Shown here: positions 14,980 through 27,749 of the stretch, piece by piece
How positions within the stretch are numbered: the stretch's first letter is position 1
How the letters are laid out: every line of letters begins with the position of its first letter
NCBI GenBank assembly: GCA_043228905.1
Contig: JBHGNT010000002.1
Location: 2,108,001 to 2,172,000, forward strand
DNA: 64,000 nt
Source: Azolla caroliniana
Lineage: Eukaryota; Plantae; Polypodiophyta
Direction: 5' to 3'
Notes under the pieces: model-generated
The model's database searches: none
What the model was told of the DNA's origin: nothing
The model's input: the letters and a program-made list of their open reading frames with translations, nothing else
Made by a program: the position numbers and the translations under genes

Positions 14980-15394
14980 TGTAAACGATTACTTGCGGAA
15001 ACGTTAGAAAACAGAGAAAGTAGGGAATACATAGAGTACGCAGGAGAGACAGAGAGAGCAGAACGTAAAAGCTATATTCAAAAACGATATAATCACTCTG
15101 TAATTACAACTGTGCTCAGTAGCGCTATTTATACAAGTCCTCGTGGGACTGACAGAAGTACCGCGTACTTCAATGCTCACACGAGCATCTGACACTTACT
15201 ACGAGACTATAATTGCCTAGTAGTCTAAACTAATACTAAGCTTCCGGTTACCGATTGGATCCGGCTAACCGGAAGCTTAGTATTACCGTCTCTGTTGTTT
15301 GCCGGCTCGGTTGCTCACGGCTTACCGATCCGTCTCGCTTGCCGGCTCAGGCTTATTTAGCCAATCCGGCTCCAGTTGAGCTTGCCGCTCAACA
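14980..15394 (-). repeat. 3' LTR of the copia element (415 bp)
   Basis: Runs tgtaaacg...ctcaaca and matches 20290-20703 with ~14 substitutions (counted by eye) plus one replaced 11/12-nt block. Adjacent to the PPT. Confidence 0.95.
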
Positions 15395-15406
15395 CTCCCC
15401 CTCAAG
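15395..15406 (-). other. Polypurine tract (CTTGAGGGGGAG on the minus strand)
   Basis: Immediately abuts the 3' LTR. Confidence 0.85.
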
Positions 15407-15826
15407 CTCAACTTGAGGTTGGATCCTGGTGTCAGTCTCTGTGGCAGTCGGTTCTTCCAACCGACTTCTCCTAGCGTTGCTCCGCCTTGCTCGCGCTCCT
15501 CGTCCGGTTCAGTTCTATTTGCCGCGACCCCTCTTGTTTTGCATGCCTCGACCTTCTCGGTCGGTATGTCTGCTCAATAGGCCCCTCTCAGCTCCTTCGT
15601 TGCTATGACTCCGGCGCTTGCCGATCCGTCGGTTCCTCCGCGATGGCATCAACTTCCGCTGCATCCGTGTCTGCTTGGCCTTGAATTGATCCGGTTCTTC
15701 CGAATTTGTCTTTTGAACCGAATCGACTATCTCCGATTTGTTCCAGCTCTTGTCCGAATCAGTTGCTCCCGATTCGTCTTCTAGTTCCAAGCCCTTCACC
15801 ACATTGGACCATGTCCGGGTCTTGGT

Positions 15827-18800
15827 CTACTTCCTTCTGTTGGCTCTGTCCTTCTTGACTTTGCCGCCTCCTGTTCTTCCCTCACCGGCGCAATCGGCAG
15901 TGTCTTTGCCTTTGCCCGTTTTGGTGTCTTTGCCCGTTCTCCCCCTCAAGTGTGGCACATTGAGATGCTGAACACCAAGCATTTCGGTGAAGTGCTGCAA
16001 CTTGTTCGATCTGAGTGGTTTGGTGAAGATGTAGGCAACTTGCCGATCTGTGTGAACATACTGAAGTTCAACCTCACCGCTCAGGACACGCTCACGCACG
16101 AAGTGATAGTGCACTTCTATGTGCTTTGTGCGAGCATGGAATACAGGGTTCTTGGCAAGTTGCATGCTGCTTATGTTGTCGCAGTAGACTAGAATCGAGG
16201 TCAGTACCTCGATCCGTAGGTCTTGCAGCAGTCGCCGAAGCCAAATGGCTTCACAGGTGGCAATGGTAGCACCCCGATACTCAACCTCAGTGCTCGACAG
16301 AGCAACTGTTGGCTGCTTTTTGCTGCTCCACGCAACATCCACGCTACCAAGGGAAAACATGTAACCGGAGGTTGATAGGCGATCTGATGCATCTCCGGCC
16401 CAGTTGGCATCTGTGTAACCGACGAGCTCTTCGGGTATACCGCGCTGGTATAACAGTCCCCGATCCTTCGTGTCGTTGCCATACCGCAATATCCTTTGCG
16501 CACACTAAAGGTGCTCCACGGTCGGCTGCTGCATGAATTGACTTATCATTCCGACCGGATAGCTGATGTCGGGTCGCGTGATAGTCAAGTAAATAAGGCT
16601 TCCGACAATTTGTTAGAACCGTTGCTCATTGCAGGCCAATCCGGGTTGTTGGGACGAAGCTTCTGGTTCCGGTCCAAGGATGTGGATACAGGTCGGCATT
16701 CTGTCATGCCGAACTTGTACAACATATTCAAGACGTAATGTCGTTGTGAGAGCAATATGTTGTCCGGGGTTCGAATCACCTCAATCCCTATAAAATAATG
16801 AAGGTCCCCCAGATCCTTCATCTCAAATGCGTCCGACAACTGGGACTTGACGCGGTTGATTTCTGGAACACCCGGTCCGGTGATGACTAGATCATCAACA
16901 TACAACAATATACATACCGGACCGGCTGAGTGTTGCCAGATGAACAATGAAGAGTCCGATTTGGAGGCCACAAACCTCATCTTACGCAACCAGTGCGTGA
17001 TCTTTGCATTCCAAGCTCGAGGGGTTTGCTTCAGGCCGTACAACGACTTCTTCAACCGACATACCGCCGACGTGTTTATCTTCGATTGAAAACCGGGAGG
17101 CTGAGTCATAAAGACTTCTTCTTCAAGATCACCTTGAAGAAATGCATTCTTCACATCCATCTGATGAAGATGCCACCCCCTTGCCGCAACAATCGCCAAC
17201 ACCACTCGAATCGTCGTCATCTTCGCTACAGGAGCGAAGGTCTCGTCGTAGTCGATTCCGTGGGTCTGTGCATATCCCTTCGCCACTAACCGGGCCTTGT
17301 ACCGGTTAACTGAACCGTCGACGTTGTACTTTACTTTGTATATCCACTTGCATCCGATCGGTTTACAATGACGAGGAGGGTCAACCAGGTCCCATGTCTT
17401 GTTGACATCAAGTGCCTGCATTTCTTCCTCCATAGCGGCACGCTAATTTGCATCCTTGGCCGCTTCTGTGTAGCTCTCCGGCTCATGCACTTCCGCCACC
17501 TTAGTCATGTACGCATAGTGATGCGCCATGTACTCATTGTACCCGTACCGCTTGACGGGATCCTTTTGGCGGGTGGACCGGCGTAACTCACCGTTACCCG
17601 GTTTGAGGCCCTTCTTGGCTGGTTTGGTCTTCGTTGCCGAAGATCCGCCTTTCTCTTTGCCGGAGTTGGATGCACACCAATCCGAGTCATTGTTGCCGGT
17701 TTCGAATTTCGACATCGTCTTCTTCCCCTTCTCTTTGCGTGTGAACCGTCTCCTCGGTTCCTTGCGCGGGGAGTGCACAACAGAGTCTCCACTACTCGTC
17801 GGTTCCTCATCGGACTGGTCAGATTGACTCAGTCTCTCGTTCGGCCTGCTCCACCGGAACGATTCCGGACTCTCATCCTGAGTCCACACTTCATCATCCT
17901 CTACCTAGGCCGGTTTAGGCTCACTAGCCTCATCCTCCGGCATCGGGTCAGATTCGGAAGTCGGAGTCGGTAAGGAGTACCACGATGTTGATTCATCAAC
18001 CTCGACATCTCGACTAACTCGGACCTGCCTTGTTCGGGGGTTATAACACTTATAACCCTTTTGCTCTTGAGCATAGCCGACTAGGATGCATTTTTCCGAT
18101 TTTGCATCCAGCTTCCTCCGCTTCTCATCCGGTACATGCACATATGCAATGCTACCGAAGATCTTAAGGTGTCTCAAATTCGGCTTCCGCCCGAAATACA
18201 ACTCGTGAGCTGACACCTTGTCACCAATCCGGTTCTGGATGTAGACAGTCGTTCGGACTGCCTCCGCCCAGTAGAATTTGGGCATGCTCTTCTCCTCCAA
18301 CATTGCCCTGGTCGCATCGATAAGCGATTGGTTCTTCCTCTCGGCAACACCGTTATGTTGCGGTGTGTATCTGCAGCTTGAACTCTCGCCGAATTCCCGT
18401 TTGCTGCAGATAATTGTTGAATTGGCCGGAAAAGTATTCTTTCCCGCCATCCGATCGCAGGCATTTGATCTTCCTCTCCGATTCTCGTTCCACCATGCTT
18501 TGGAGACTTCGGAAACACTCGAAGACTTCACTCTTACGCTCAATGAGGTAGATCCATGTGTGGTGCGTATAGTCGTCGATGAAGGAGACGAAATATCGAC
18601 TCTCGCCAAGACTAACACTCTGTGCCAGTCCCCACACATACGAATGGATTAGGTCGAGCTTGTTACAGCTCCGGTTACGTTCGGTAGGGAATGGAAGCCG
18701 GTGTTGCTTCCCGAGTTGGCAGGCTTCACATACTTAGGCCTTCCGACCGCTGAACTTCGGCAAACCGAAAACAACTTGTTTCGTTTGCAGGTCTTGAAGC

Positions 18801-20197
18801 CTTTGGTAATTGACGTGGGTTATCCGCTTGTGCCACAGGTCGATGTCCGATTCGACCTTCTGTCCTTTTGCAAACAGAGCGGTGCCGAAGTCATTGGTGT
18901 CGAGGATAAACATCCTCCCATCTCTGCGCCCTTGCGCAATAATCTGGCCCTCTTCCTCGATGAAGCGTCCGAGGTGCATAAAACGCACCTGCATCCCCTG
19001 GTCGACGATTTATCCGACCGACACCAAGTTCTTCGTGATTGTCGGAACGTGTAATACGTTCATCAGCTTCCCCTACTGTCCGACGTGCACGATTGGGTGA
19101 GGAGTGTCGTCTCCGGTTTCGACTACTCCTGATTGATCTGGTTTTTCCAAAAAGGAGAACCACTCTTTGTGGCTCGTCATCTGGTTCAACGCACCGGAGT
19201 CAACATACCAGACTTCCTCCGATTTGGAAGTGGTCTTCTTCATCGAGTTCGCCTCGTGCTTCATCACCAAGGCTGGCCTGTTACCGTTCTTGGATCCTCC
19301 CGATCCCTTCGCGTAGTGTGAGCTTTGTCGGCCATCCTTGCCGGCCTTGCCGGATCCGGATTTGTCCGTATCGGCACGTTTTCTCCAACTCTCGCTTTCT
19401 TTGTGGCCCTTTTTGCCACAATACCATCATTCCGTTGCAGACTTCTCTTGCCGTCTTTCGGTGTCGCCATGACTCCCCCTGCGTGTGGAAGTCTCGGAAC
19501 TGCTGTCAGCACGTTCTCTGTGCCTTCGTTCTTGCTCTTGTCGGCCGCCTCCATTGCGTGCCGACCCGCCTCGTCCACCATGCCCACGGGACCGATCTGC
19601 CTCCGTGTACAACATCCAGCTGTCAATGGGTGCGCTAGTTGACGCACCGGTGTGGTTCTCCTCTACAAGGAGCATCGACTGTAAGTCGAAAAATGACGGC
19701 GTATTCTCCCTTGTACACATCGCCGTTCGGAATGCTCTGAACTTCGACGCCAAGCCCCCAAGACAGACCTGTACCATCTCGTCTTCCTCTACGGTAACGT
19801 TGATAGAGGCAAGCGAGTCACAGATCTCTTTGATCCGGGCTATGTAATCCGCCACCGACATGTCCTTCTATCGGACATTGCTCAACTCCTGTCCGAGTTG
19901 CAGCTTTCGAGCTATTGTAACTTCGGAAGCCTCCTTCGGCGTCTTGGTGCCTCGGATGTGGCTCAACAGTTGGTCTCCAACACTGGACGCAAAGCAGTAC
20001 ATCACTTTGCTTGCCGATTGTTCCCACACTGGGAAGTCCTTATGTGCTGCATTAGGTGCTGTTTCGTTGGCTCCTTCGACGAAACTCCAGTAGCCATGCC
20101 CAAGTAGGTACTGGTGCATCTTATACAACCAAGATGCATAGTTGGATTTGTCGAGTTTCTCCACAGGGAGCGAGCTAGCCATCCCTCTATCCATCAC
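15827..20197 (-). pseudogene. Copia gag-pol polyprotein, broken into several ORFs by frameshifts and stops
   Basis: ORFs 19868-20197 and 19427-19861 (gag), 19073-19270 (protease), 18734-18994, 18353-18637 and 17905-18639 (integrase), 16585-17433 (RT), 15827-16489 (RNase H) lie in different frames. Confidence 0.9.
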
Positions 20198-20277
20198 TTC
20201 TCTGTCTGTTGTTTTACGACCTGTTACGGTTTGCTTTCAGGCGTTTGTTGGCTGCAGAGGAGGTTCTCAACCCTCGC

Positions 20278-20289
20278 GCTCTAATACCA
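20278..20289 (-). other. Primer-binding site for initiator tRNA-Met (TGGTATTAGAGC)
   Basis: One mismatch to the canonical TGGTATCAGAGC, directly internal to the 5' LTR. Confidence 0.88.
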
Positions 20290-20703
20290 TGTAAACGATT
20301 ACTTGCGCAAGCGTTAGAAAACAGAGAAAGTAGGGAATACACAGAGTACACTGGAGAGACAAAGAGAGCAGAACGTAAAAGATATATTAAAAAACGATAT
20401 AATCACTCTGTAATTACAACTGTGCTCAGTAGCACTATTTATACAAGTCCTCGTGGGACTGACAAAAGTACCGCGTACTTCAATGCTCACACGAGCATCT
20501 GACACTTACTACGAGACTATAATTGCCTAGTAGTCTAAACTAATACTAGGCTTCTGGTTACCGATTGGATCCGGCTAACCGGCTCCCCAACTCACCGTCT
20601 CTGTTGTTTGCCGGCTCGGTTGCTCACGGCTTACCGATCCGTCTCGCTTGCCGGCTCAGGCTTATTCAGCCGATCCGGCTCCAGTTGAGCTTGCCGCTCA
20701 ACA
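20290..20703 (-). repeat. 5' LTR of the copia element (414 bp)
   Basis: TG...CA termini, TATA-like TATAAATA on the minus strand at 20436-20443, and the PBS immediately internal. Confidence 0.95.
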
Positions 20704-21240
20704 CACTTTAATCTCTCATGAGGACCGCAATAAAGTAATACGCCAAGAAATATGGCAAATTTACACTCGGTATAAATGGATCACCCCACTAGAGCCACTC
20801 CCATCTAAAATTTTGTATTATAAGGAACACTTCATGCACTTCTCTATGTTAGGTTTTATCACGCAACCAAAATATCTAGATGTATTCTTACCACAGGCAC
20901 TAAGGGTTGCCATTGGACAACTTAGAATATCATCCCACCAACCTGAGATTGAGAGTGGTCGTACTAATGGAGTCCCTAGGGAGGAAAGGATATGTAGGTT
21001 ATGCCACATAGAGATAGAGGATGAGTATCACTTTACATGCAAGTGTCCAACCTACGCCAAGATAAGGGCAAAATACCAAGACATGCTTGGTTCCTCTCCC
21101 ACCCTCCCAAATTTATTAAATACTCTAGATATAAAGAAATTTGGCAAATACATTGTAGAACTAAAACAACACAGAGAGAATAAGTTACAAAATGTTGACA
21201 AAAATGTCGCTAATGTTCACCAACGAGCTTGTGAATAAAT
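20704..21240 (+). mobile_element. RTE/RTEX-like LINE, 3' part (continuation of 12960-14979)
   Basis: The reading frame resumes after the TSD (..HTLISHEDRNK..) and gives the LINE ORF2 C-terminal motif LRISSH..IESGR..ERICRLC..IEDEYHFTCKCPTY..IR. Confidence 0.82.
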
Positions 21241-21434
21241 CTTACAAGAGACATTATTGTGATTAACATCTAGTTCTATATAGGGATACAATCAGAAAAC
21301 CTTGGGCCCCACCAAAAATTATGTACGTGAAAGAGAATCGAGAAGAAAAGCTAAGACAATAATCACTAAAAGAGAACCCTCATTAGTGTTTCTATCGAGA
21401 GATAAACAAGAAGCCATTCATCTTGATCCATTTT

Positions 21435-24400
21435 TTCGATTCAAGGCTGGCTGGGAAACTTGAGGCATGTGCAGGTTTTTTTCAACATAAAGCGATTGAA
21501 ATTAGAAAAGAGATCAGGGAGAAAATGTAGAGATTGCAATGGTCACTTGCTTCTATGCAACAACTAAGAGAATTGTACCCACATAATGTATGGATTGAGG
21601 CTCGACTAGAGGAGGCCAAAAGAAAATTAGAGATGTACCAAAAACTTAGGAGTACTTATGCCTATTGAAGTAAGGTAGCAAGCTGGATGAGGGTAGGAGA
21701 TCGGGTTACTAAAGGATTTTTTGAAGCTGTTAATTGCAAAGGATCCGGGATTCAACCTTCATGCTTAAAAAAGATAGATGATACAATGACCACATGCAAA
21801 GAGGAAATGCTTGAAATAGCCACAAGCTATTATACTCAACTACTAAGTGTATGCAATGAGGAACTGATTGATCAGGTTGCCTTCAGAAATATAACAAATA
21901 GGATACCAAGGAAAGTTGCAACTCAGATGATGGACCGATTAAATACCCCTATAGGTATGCATGAATTGTGGGATGCTATTGGGGATATGAACAAACAAAG
22001 TTATGCAGGAATTAATGGACTTCCTATATACTTTTACATCCAATATTGGGATCTAATTAAGGATGACCTGTTGGCAGGGATGCAATACATTATGGCAGAA
22101 GGATTAATGCCCGCAACAATGTGTAGAGGCATGATTTATTTAATACCCAAGGTTGGTAAAGACATAACAACGCTTGATAATTGGCGATCACTGACGATTC
22201 TCACCAATGCATATAAGATAATGGCCAAAGTTGTAAGTAAGAGATTGAAAATGGTTCTTGGGGATATTATACATACAACGCAAACTGGCTTCCTGGAAAA
22301 CCGGAGCATTGTTGACAATGTGATAACATTCTGGGAATACTCAACATGGGCGGAGGAGCAAGAAGTGGACCTAGCAGTAATGCTACTCGACTTCGAAAAA
22401 GCTTATGACAGGATTTCATGGGATTTCCTAGAAGCAGTGATGGCAGCCCTAGGCTTTGAACAACAACGGATCCTTGGAATGAGTGCCTTTTACAGAGGTG
22501 CATCTAGCTAGGTGCTAATGGCTAGAAGTATGGGGAAGAGCTTTAAGATGCTACGTTTGGTATGCCAAGGATGCCCATTGGCCCCGTACTTATACATCAT
22601 TGCAGCAGAAGCTTTGCATTATCAAATTGCTGATAGATCTTGGCAAATACAAGGCCTTACCTTGCCCGATGATGAAGGTATGGTGCTTGATACGACATAT
22701 GTTGATGACACAATGACCTATGTAAAAGGTGATACACACAACTTGGGTAGATTGCAAAATGCAATTGATGAGTTTTGTAGGGGATCAGATGCTAAAATAA
22801 ATTGGAATAAATATGTGGGCATTTGGATCAGTAATAAGCCCATGTTAAATTGGGTCCCCGACCCCAATTTTAGATGGTTGAGGAAAGGAGAAGCTACTAG
22901 ATACTTGGGCTTCAAAATTGGTATGGACATCGATCGAGCAGAACATTACAATCTACCAGTGGACAAAATAAAAGCGAAGTTAATATGGTGGAATGCAAGA
23001 AAACTATCCTTTGCGAGCAATATTGTGATTGTAAATCAGATTCTAATGGCCACCATTTGGCATACTGATGCATGTTGGATAATCGTGCCCAAGTCGATGA
23101 AATTGATAAAAAGGATTATCAAAAACTTCTTATGGGGGGGCACGGAGGAAAAACATGCCTGTGCAAAGGTTGCTTGGACCATGCTTATAAAAAGGAAAAG
23201 TGAAGGGGGGGTGGGATTGATAGATCTCGTGGTGCAAATGAAGGCCTTGCTATGCAAACTAGTGGTCAGGAGCCTACAACCTCACGAGGCACCTTGGAAA
23301 GTTCTATGGCGACGTAGATGGAAGATGTGGTTACCAAGACAAGGTGGACGTTGGCCAAGCAACCCATTTTGGGGCTTTGTGCCAGAAATGCGACCCAAAT
23401 ATTGGGGAAGTATGCAGAGTCGTTGTGCTATTGGAATTATGAAAGCATGGCAAGAAATCAGAAAGGGGATCGCATGTAGGTGGAGAAATGATGCATATGT
23501 GCGGATGTACATGCCAATTGTATGGAACCCATGGATTAGAGATATGGATGGGCTGATGATAGGCCAAAAAGCAGGTTTCAAATGGGCTGAGTTAATCAAT
23601 GCCGAAGGGAATGCATTAGTGGAGTGGGAGAGGTTTTTGTCCAATGAGATGGGCACTCAAAAGGCTAGAATATGGATAATAAGCAGGGGTAAAGGCATGC
23701 TCAAGAGAATTACAGATGTCATTGCATGCTACAGGAATACCATGGAAGAGGAAGAAGTAACCTCTAAAACTGTGTTGGCAGAATTATGGATGCCGAGAAC
23801 TGTTTAATTGGCATTAAGGGAAGGAAAATAAAATCAAATGAGGTATTCTACTACAAACCAGAGCACGAAATGGTAAGAGTTGAGCAACCAGCCTTTCAAA
23901 TAGAAAGGCCGATCAGGCTAATCGCAAAAAATGGCAAGAATATGATTATTGAACCTAAACCAATGGAGATCACACCGGCGACATTGTGTTGGCCTATACA
24001 AGGGCATTTGGATCAGTTATCATGGGACCCAACGATGTATTGTTGGAGAACTCAAGGACGAATTGATGGGGAAAAGCTAGTTCAATTTTTCAGGTATAAC
24101 ACGAAGATTGGGAGGCAAATTATTTTAGAACAAGAACACGACAAGATTGCAACAAAGAAATTTTGGATACAGAAGGGCATTAGTGAAATGAGACTAGATA
24201 AATTCTGGAAAATGATATGGCATGACAGATATGACCGCAAGATAATGATGTGTTTATGGCTTATTGCACATAGACCCTTGCCGGTAGGGACGTGGGGTAA
24301 AGGCCTCAATTTAGACCCCAGATGCATTGCATGTGGATAGATAGAAAGCATTTCCCATTGTCAATGGGAATGTCGCGAGGCAGTGGCTATATGGGGAAGG

Positions 24401-24830
24401 GCACTACGTTTAATTTGCCATGCCTCTAGTTCGTTCACCCTCAACTGGAGACATGCTTGCTGGATTTGTCTTGCGGATGATGTGGCGAAATACGATGGCA
24501 CACGCGATGCTAAGTACAGACGGAAGAATGGCAGTGTGCGGCTTATCACTGACAACAGGGTACCTTCAACTTGTGCACAAAATAAAAAACTTGGAGATTT
24601 TTGGATGTTGCTTGCCCCCATTACTATATGGTATATATGGACAACAAGGTGTACCAGGGTATTTTCAGCACACAAACGCCCCCTTGTTGAATCGATTAAG
24701 CTAATCTGGCACACATTAATAACTACACTAAGAGCTCAATATGAGCGGATTGATGGTACTAATGATGTTGCAGAACTAATGAGGCTGAACTTTCGAAAGC
24801 AATGGTGTACTACACTGATGGCCGCAACAT
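21435..24830 (+). mobile_element. L1-clade LINE ORF2 (RT plus zf-RVT), 5'- and 3'-truncated, with in-frame stops
   Basis: GDRVTKGFF, NWRSLTILTNAYKIMAK, TQTGFLENRSI, LLDFEKAYDRISW, QGCPLAPYLY, YVDDT, RYLGF, KVAW..GGVG, and C-terminal CIACG..ESISHCQWEC and IWYIWTTRC. Confidence 0.9.
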
Positions 24831-25770
24831 GGATATACTATGGGATGCATTCCACAAGAGAACATCTTTGTTTGCAAGAATATCAAATACATCTTGTGTA
24901 TCTACATCTCGAACTGAAATATCATCAACTGTTTTTTGTGCTTTTTCAAGCTTGCCACATATAGCATACATGTCCGACAAAGCATTCCCAAGCTCAATAT
25001 TGTCTTCTAGTAGCCTCTTACTCATAATTTCAATGTAATTTTCTATGCATGTCAACCACTCTTTCACTGCCACCTCGGCAAACTTCTCAAGGCCAAAATC
25101 ACTGTATCCCACATCCTTGTATCTCGAAATCGAAATTCCTTGGTTTGGACTTCCACAATTATTTGTTGTGATTCAATTTTTGTGAAAATATTTATTGCGC
25201 CTCACCAAGTAAACCACAAAAAATCTCTACTGAGCCATGGTCAACCTATCCTGTAATAGATGCATTCCACAAGAGAGCATCTCTGATGGCAAGAATATCA
25301 AAACAAAGATCAACACCTAGCATACATCCAAGAGACCACATCTCAAACTGAATATCATTGACTGTTTTTATTTTTATTTTTTCCTTTTCAAGCTTGCCAC
25401 ATATAGCATATGTCCAACAAATCATTTCCAAGCTCAATATTGTCTTCTAGCAACCTCTTACTCATGATTCCATTGCGAGTCTCTATGCCTATTAACCACT
25501 CCTACAGTGCCACCTGCCTTTAGCAAACTTACAAAGGTGATTACATCCAAAAAAAGGAAGAACATCATTTTGCATTGGTTCAACAAGATTCAATGCTGCA
25601 TGGTCAAATCTATACTAGTAATATCCTGAAATCAGTGCATTCTTAGAAGCCATAACCCGAACTGGAAGTCCATCTTTCCTCATAGCTAAAACACACAAGA
25701 TGAGGGTCATATGGCAACCTTCTAGCATCTTCCATAACTTTGTCTCCACACAAAGAAGTTGCATCGTGAA
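24831..25770 (-). pseudogene. PLS-class pentatricopeptide repeat (PPR) relics, partly duplicated
   Basis: Degenerate PPR motifs: LPVR..ASKNALISGY, DVITFVSLLKAGG, KRLLEDNIELGNALSDMYAICGKLEKAQKTVDDISVRDV and DVLLWNA. Segment ~24843-25075 is repeated at ~25258-25515. Confidence 0.75.
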
Positions 25771-27749
25771 ATTATGTCATTCACACTTGTCATTGTATAT
25801 TCAAATTCATGTCTCTTCTCAATGGTTTATTGTACATACTACATATAATTTACTTAGAGGATTCCTAGATTAATATGTCCCATAGTGTTTAGACACATAT
25901 ACTACTGTGATGTATTACACTTATATGATTCTTTAAGTACAACATCAACTTCTTTAAGAGAGATTGAGAGAGAGAGGGCCATAGAATCCTTGAATTGGTT
26001 TTGTTGGACTTATGACAAGACAAGGTTATAAATTGGGCAACAACAATATGTTATGTAGTGTTGGAATAAATATGTGGTTATAGGTTGTCAATGAGAAATA
26101 GTGAAGGTGGAATAGGTAGTCATCTTATAATATAAACCCAAATGGTAGCCCAAAAAACACTAAGAAATTTTCTAGAAAACAAATGCTCTCATGTTCCATA
26201 GCAACAAAGCGTAGAAAATATAGTACCACAATGAATATATATTTGGCTTTAGTTTTGTTCCTAGCCAAGGATGGATAGCAAAAACTACTGGCTTTAATAA
26301 TGTCACCTTGTTCAATGCTTATAACGGGTTAAAAGGCGGACATAATGACCATTTGTGTATGTTTTGGACATATTATGATTGGTATTTTTGTGTGTGCCAT
26401 TACTCTCGTTTATCAAGACAACATGAACTGTTTATTTTGCGTACTCATGCTAAATTCCAAGCCAAGTATTCAGTATTAATCGTTTTTAGCACATACTCTA
26501 GACCAAAGATCCCAATTTTAACATTTGAAGAGACGATTTGTCTATATTTCTTCATAAAGCAAACCTAATAATTTAATAATGAGTAATCATGAGTAGGTTG
26601 TAACATGTTGAAGCAAATAAAATAATAGCATGCAAATGGCATGAAGGTGAGAGCTTTATATTTACCTTCTTATTAAACACACATAAAGAATATTACATAT
26701 CTTGACCGAACGAACAACGAGATAGAAAGAGATAATGATTTTGGGTGGATTCACACCACACCAAATGTAGAATACAAAATATTTGTGTCACAAACACCTC
26801 ACACTTCAAAAGACCCATTCACCCTAGGTCGATGAAAAAACAAAGTTTTCATCATTGTTTACCTTCTACCTTGACGATTTTGTTGGCTAGAAACACCCTC
26901 CAAGGGAACAAAAGCCAGCTTCTCCTTTTTCCACTCATTGTATGTGTTGAGATAGGATAGCAAAATTGTGAAAAGGTAAAGTGAGTATTCAAAATTCCAT
27001 CGATGTGTGTGAAAGCAGTGATATCAAGAGATAACTTTCCAAAAATAAGTGTCAAAAAGCGAATTGTTTTCCGTGAAGGTAGTTTGAATCCATGACTAGA
27101 CAAGACATCATGTTTTAAAGCACAATTTGAAAGCATTCACGAAAGACTTTATATGTATTGGTATAGTTTCACGAGTTATCCTATTTAAATTCTAGAATTC
27201 TCATCTTTAGACATAATGTTGAAGTGTGTGATTCGCTAAGATCACGAGTTAAAGGCTTGAATAATGGGTTTGATTTACATTCATTGTAAAAACTTTTCAT
27301 AAAACTCGTTTGAAACCATGCAAACTTTCTAGTTTGAATACAACATTGGCATGAAACATTTTCTTCCCAAGATACAAGTACTCAATGATAGCATCAATTT
27401 CAAAAGGTAACACTAATAATAAACTTGGATATACAACCCGATAATTACTTGGTAGAGATGATCAAACAAATGTTATATGCATAGATACATTGTTTCTTAA
27501 TTGCATGATTGTATTTACATGTTAGAATGCTTGACTGTTTGGAAACACTCCACTTTTGTAAGCAAAATATCACAATATGAGTAAAAACTAATTTAATATA
27601 AAAATGTGAACATTTTTCCAAAAGAACATATCATGTCATCTCTTGTAGTTGTTTGCATGATATCTCTATACATGGGAAACATAGCCAACCAACACGAGCC
27701 TGATCCTCTGGCCTTCAACAAAAGGAGGGTGGGAGGTGAGTCAGAAACA

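Larger units (their letters stand above)
14980..20703 (-). mobile_element. Full-length Ty1/copia LTR retrotransposon (gag-protease-integrase-RT-RNase H, frameshifted)
   Basis: TG...CA LTRs at 14980-15394 and 20290-20703, with a 5-bp TSD CACTT (14975-14979 and 20704-20708). PBS at 20278-20289 and PPT at 15395-15406. Copia domain order: gag (KLDKSNYASW), protease (WYVDSGA), GAG-pre-integrase (LWHKRITHVN), integrase (LRSDGGKEY, TPQHNGVAERKN), RT (YKARLVAKGY, MDVKNAFLQG, LYVDDL), RNase H (YTDANWAG, KHIEVHYHFVRE). Confidence 0.97.

Noticed and set aside
14968-15195. Near-identical small ORFs at 14968-15195 and 20209-20505 on both strands
   Set aside because: They are duplicated only because they lie inside the two LTRs, and they have no protein motifs.
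17443-17950. Charged low-complexity ORF between integrase and RT as a possible extra gene
   Set aside because: It contains the LRRSTR motif and leads into EPESYTEA, which is the normal variable INT-RT linker of copia pol.
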